Assembly: GCA_040509415.1 (NCBI GenBank)
Contig: JBEVLC010000286.1
Span: 1-63,270, forward strand
Reading direction: 5' to 3'
Source: Baekduia sp.
Lineage (GTDB): Bacteria > Actinomycetota > Thermoleophilia > Solirubrobacterales > Solirubrobacteraceae
DNA length: 63,270 nucleotides
Below are positions 60,170 through 63,270 of this stretch, in pieces (position 1 is the first letter of the stretch; the number at the start of each line of letters is the position of its first letter). The notes below the pieces were generated by a model, which ran no database searches, was not told the origin of the DNA, and worked only from the letters and a program-made list of their open reading frames with translations. The position numbers and the translations under genes are program-made.

Positions 60170-62482
60170 CTACCTCCGCCCGGCCGTCACCGTGAAGCTG
60201 TCGGTGAGCTCGGCCGTCGAGGAGTCCCCGGCGTAAACGTCGATCTCGCCGGGCTCGACGACGAACCTGCCGGTGTTGTCGGAGAAGCCGACGTCGCTGG
60301 CATCCAGCCGGAACGTCACGGTTTTCTGCTCCCCCGCCTCCAGCGTCACGCGCTGGAAGCCACGCAGGCGGCGGACCGGCTGCGAGAGGCTCGCGACCGG
60401 ATCGTGGATGTAGAGCTGGACGACGTCATCGCCCGCGCGTGAGCCGGTGTTCTGCACGTCGACCGAGACCTGCACGCTCCCGCGCGACGACATCGACTTG
60501 TCCGACAACCGCAAGTTATCGATCTTGAACGTCGTGTAGGAGAGGCCGAAGCCGAACGGGAACAGCGGTGCGCACGTCGGCAGGTCGCGGTAGCGCGAGT
60601 TGTACTTCTGCGTCGTGTCGCAGGGCCGGCCGGTGGGCTCGTGGTTGTAGTAGATCGGGATCTGGCCGACCGACTGCGGGAAGCTCACCGGGAGCTTGCC
60701 GCCGGGGTTGACCTTGCCGAACAGGACGTCGGCCACGCCGTTGCCCGCCTCGATGCCGCCAAACCAGGCTTCGACGATCGCCTTCGAGCTGTCGACGACC
60801 TTGCCGAGCGTGAGCGGCCGGCTGTTGAACAGCACGACGGTGACCGGCTTGCCCGTGTCCTTGATCGCGTCGAGCAGCTCCTGCTGCTTGCCGGGGAGAT
60901 CCAGGACGCTGCGGACCTCGGCCTCGCCGCCCTGGCCGCGCGTCTCGCCGAGTGCGAGCACGACCTGGTCGGCGGCGTTGGCGGCGGCGACCGCTTCGCC
61001 GAAGCCAGCATCTGACCCGCACTCGTTGGCCGGGTCGTAGAGGTCAGCGTCGATCATCTTGCAGCCCTCGGTGAACGTCGTGTCCGGGTTCTGGGCCTTG
61101 ATACCGGTATAGAGGCTGACGACGTCCTCGTCCTTGCCCTGGCCCCACCAGGGACCAAGCATGTCGTGCTGGTCGTCGCCGAGCGGGCCGATCACCGCGA
61201 CCGACTTGTCGGCCTTGAGCGGCAGCGTGTTGTCATCGTTCTTGAGCAGGACCACCGAGCGGCCGGCGGCCTTGCGCGCCGCTTCGCGATCCTCGGGCTG
61301 CAGCGTCTTGGACGCGATCGCATCCTGGTCGACGTAGGGGTGGTCGAACAGCCCGGCCCGGAACTTGACGCGCAGGATGCGGCGGACGGCGTCGTCGAGG
61401 CGACGCATCGAGATCTGGCCGGTCGACAGCAGCTGCTTGCCGTTGTCGCGGATGTTGGTGCTGACCATCTCGGAGTCCGTGCCGGCGTTGAGCGCCAGCG
61501 CGCCGGCGGAGGGTCCGTCAGCCGCGACGCCGTGGCCGCAAGGGCCCTCGTCCGGGTTCTTCGGCGGGCAGGCCCGCAGCTCGGCGACCGCCGTGTAGTC
61601 GCTCTCGATGAAGCCGTCGAAGCCCCACTCCTTCTTGAGGATGTCGGTCTCGACGTGGGGATTGGCGCAGCCCGGCTGGCCGTTGATCGAGTTGAACGAG
61701 CACATGGCCGTGTCGGCGCCGGCATCGACCGCGGCCTTGAACGGCGGCAGGAAGAGATCGCGCAGGCGGCGCTCGCTGACGTCGGTCGTGTTGTAGTCAC
61801 GGCCGCCCTCGGCGGCGCCGTAGGCCGCGAGGTGCTTGACGCTCGTGACGACCTTGTCGGGCGCGGAGTAGTCGGCGCCCTGGGCGGCGCGCACCTTCGT
61901 GGCGGCCATGACCGAACCGAGGTAGGGGTCCTCGCCCGAGGCCTCGACGATGCGGCCCCAGCGCGGCTCGTGGGAGACGTCGACCATCGGGCTGTAGATC
62001 TGCTTGATGCCGACGGCCGCCGACTCGCGTGCGGCGATCGTGTAGTCGGCCGTCGCGACGTCGGGGTCGAAGCTCGAGGCCTCGGCCAGCGGCACCGGGA
62101 AGACCGTGCGGTAGCCGTGGATCGTGTCGTAGGCGAAGAGGATCGGGATGTGCAGCCGCGACTGCTCGACGGCGACGTGCTGGAAGTGGTCGATCTTGGC
62201 CGGGTCGGTGAGGCTGAAGACGCCGCCGACGCCCTTCTGCGCGTCCTCGTCGGTGATCTGGCCATCGGAGAGCAACTGGACCTGCTGGAGCTTCTCGTCG
62301 ACGGTCATCTGCCGCAGCAGCCGGTCGACCTTGCGCTCGATCCCGCCGTTGGCCTGCGTGCGCACCGGTTGCAGTGCCTGGTCGTCACCCGCCCCGGTGC
62401 CAGCGACCACCGCCCCGGCGCCCATCGTGCTCACTGCGGCGATCGCGATCGCGACCCCCAACTGCCGTCCCCGTCGTTGCAC
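60170..62482 (-). CDS. Secreted GH3 beta-glucosidase (BglX-like) with Fn3-like C-terminus
   Basis: DTIHG, RWGR..E..GEDP, KHL, ESDY, LLKND, FPFGFGLSYT; RBS GGAGG. Confidence 0.95.
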   Translation of the reverse strand: MQRRGRQLGVAIAIAAVSTMGAGAVVAGTGAGDDQALQPVRTQANGGIERKVDRLLRQMTVDEKLQQVQLLSDGQITDEDAQKGVGGVFSLTDPAKIDHFQHVAVEQSRLHIPILFAYDTIHGYRTVFPVPLAEASSFDPDVATADYTIAARESAAVGIKQIYSPMVDVSHEPRWGRIVEASGEDPYLGSVMAATKVRAAQGADYSAPDKVVTSVKHLAAYGAAEGGRDYNTTDVSERRLRDLFLPPFKAAVDAGADTAMCSFNSINGQPGCANPHVETDILKKEWGFDGFIESDYTAVAELRACPPKNPDEGPCGHGVAADGPSAGALALNAGTDSEMVSTNIRDNGKQLLSTGQISMRRLDDAVRRILRVKFRAGLFDHPYVDQDAIASKTLQPEDREAARKAAGRSVVLLKNDDNTLPLKADKSVAVIGPLGDDQHDMLGPWWGQGKDEDVVSLYTGIKAQNPDTTFTEGCKMIDADLYDPANECGSDAGFGEAVAAANAADQVVLALGETRGQGGEAEVRSVLDLPGKQQELLDAIKDTGKPVTVVLFNSRPLTLGKVVDSSKAIVEAWFGGIEAGNGVADVLFGKVNPGGKLPVSFPQSVGQIPIYYNHEPTGRPCDTTQKYNSRYRDLPTCAPLFPFGFGLSYTTFKIDNLRLSDKSMSSRGSVQVSVDVQNTGSRAGDDVVQLYIHDPVASLSQPVRRLRGFQRVTLEAGEQKTVTFRLDASDVGFSDNTGRFVVEPGEIDVYAGDSSTAELTDSFTVTAGRR

Positions 62483-62682
62483 GGTTCCCTCCTGCGTTGA
62501 AGTCCCTCGACCCCGTGGCGTGCCTTGGCGCACGCCGCGTCCAGCGGGCTCTGGATCCCCACGGTCGCAGGCGTTGAAACACGGATCCGGCGTTGTTGTA
62601 CGCCCCGGTTTGGCGCCTATTGAGACCGGACACGACGATCGCGACCACCCCGTTCCCCTTCAGCATTTCAGGAGCTCCATCC

Positions 62683-63165
62683 GTGCCCAGCAGAGCCATC
62701 AGCCTCGCCCTCGGCGTCACGACCGCCGCAGCTGTTCTCGTCGCCCCGGCCGCGCAGGCCAGCGACGCCGGTCTGAAGAAGACCGTCATCCGTCACGAGA
62801 AGCGTGTGACGCCGCTGGCCAAGGCGTTCGCCAAGGCCGACAAGGCGGTGGAGTCGTCCACCACCGATTTCACCGCCGCCTCGTCTGCGGCCACCGCCCT
62901 CCGGACGGGGCTGCGGTCCTACAAGACGGCGATCGTGCCGATCAAGACCGAGTCAGCCAGCTCGGCGGCCGGCAAGAAGCAGATGCTCACGGCGATCCGC
63001 GAGTTCGACCTTGGGTTGGTCCAGTACCTGAAGCTGCTGGAGAAGGCAGCGGCCGGGGCCGACAAGGACTCGCTGAAGTCGACGTTGGTGACCTTGAACA
63101 AGCGGCTCGCGGCCGCGGCTGACGACGAGCGAAGCGCGCTGAAGCTGCTCAAGATCAGCAAGTAG
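62683..63165 (+). CDS. Secreted helical hypothetical protein
   Basis: RBS AGGAG; signal peptide ending AQA. Confidence 0.7.
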   Translation: MPSRAISLALGVTTAAAVLVAPAAQASDAGLKKTVIRHEKRVTPLAKAFAKADKAVESSTTDFTAASSAATALRTGLRSYKTAIVPIKTESASSAAGKKQMLTAIREFDLGLVQYLKLLEKAAAGADKDSLKSTLVTLNKRLAAAADDERSALKLLKISK

Positions 63166-63270
63166 GTGGTGGGCTGCGGTGGCGGTTTGCGCCCCCAAAC
63201 CCCGCCCCAACACCCCCCCCCCGGCGCCGCCCGCGCGGGAACCCCCCCCAACCCCCCCCCCGGGGGGGGG

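Noticed and set aside
63180-63270. Poly-C/poly-G tract as a G-quadruplex or repeat element
   Set aside because: Low-complexity run at the window end, most likely a contig-end sequencing or assembly artefact.

Overview
High-GC actinobacterial chromosome segment. Gene content and order suggest Thermoleophilia/Solirubrobacterales (inference). Most of it is housekeeping: pdxS/pdxT; recO-ppdK-dgt-dnaG; mutM-deoB-xerD-NUDIX-peptidase-pyrG; efp-nusB-xseB-ispA-dxs and tlyA-nadK-recN; ligA, glgP, deaD, an SDR-P450-TetR operon, a GH3 glucosidase and two tRNAs (Asn-GTT and CAT, probably Ile2). Three things stand out. (1) A compact cassette with a double-HTH/Zn/HNH nuclease gene whose leaderless -10 box lies inside a LexA (SOS) box and whose stop codon lies inside the 5' end of tRNA-Asn (16121-16934). 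(2) A ~1 kb lower-GC two-gene islet (50310-51300) encoding a 2-TM protein and a small protein that resembles Cas2/VapD-like folds and ends in an SSB-type DDDIPF tail. (3) A membrane-anchored protein fusing a lone ECF sigma region-2-like domain to a ZAS zinc finger with no region 4 (1988-3193). Leaderless TANNNT-N6-8-start promoters are common. Start codons were re-chosen by hand from the ORF track. No database searches were run; all family calls rest on recognised motifs.
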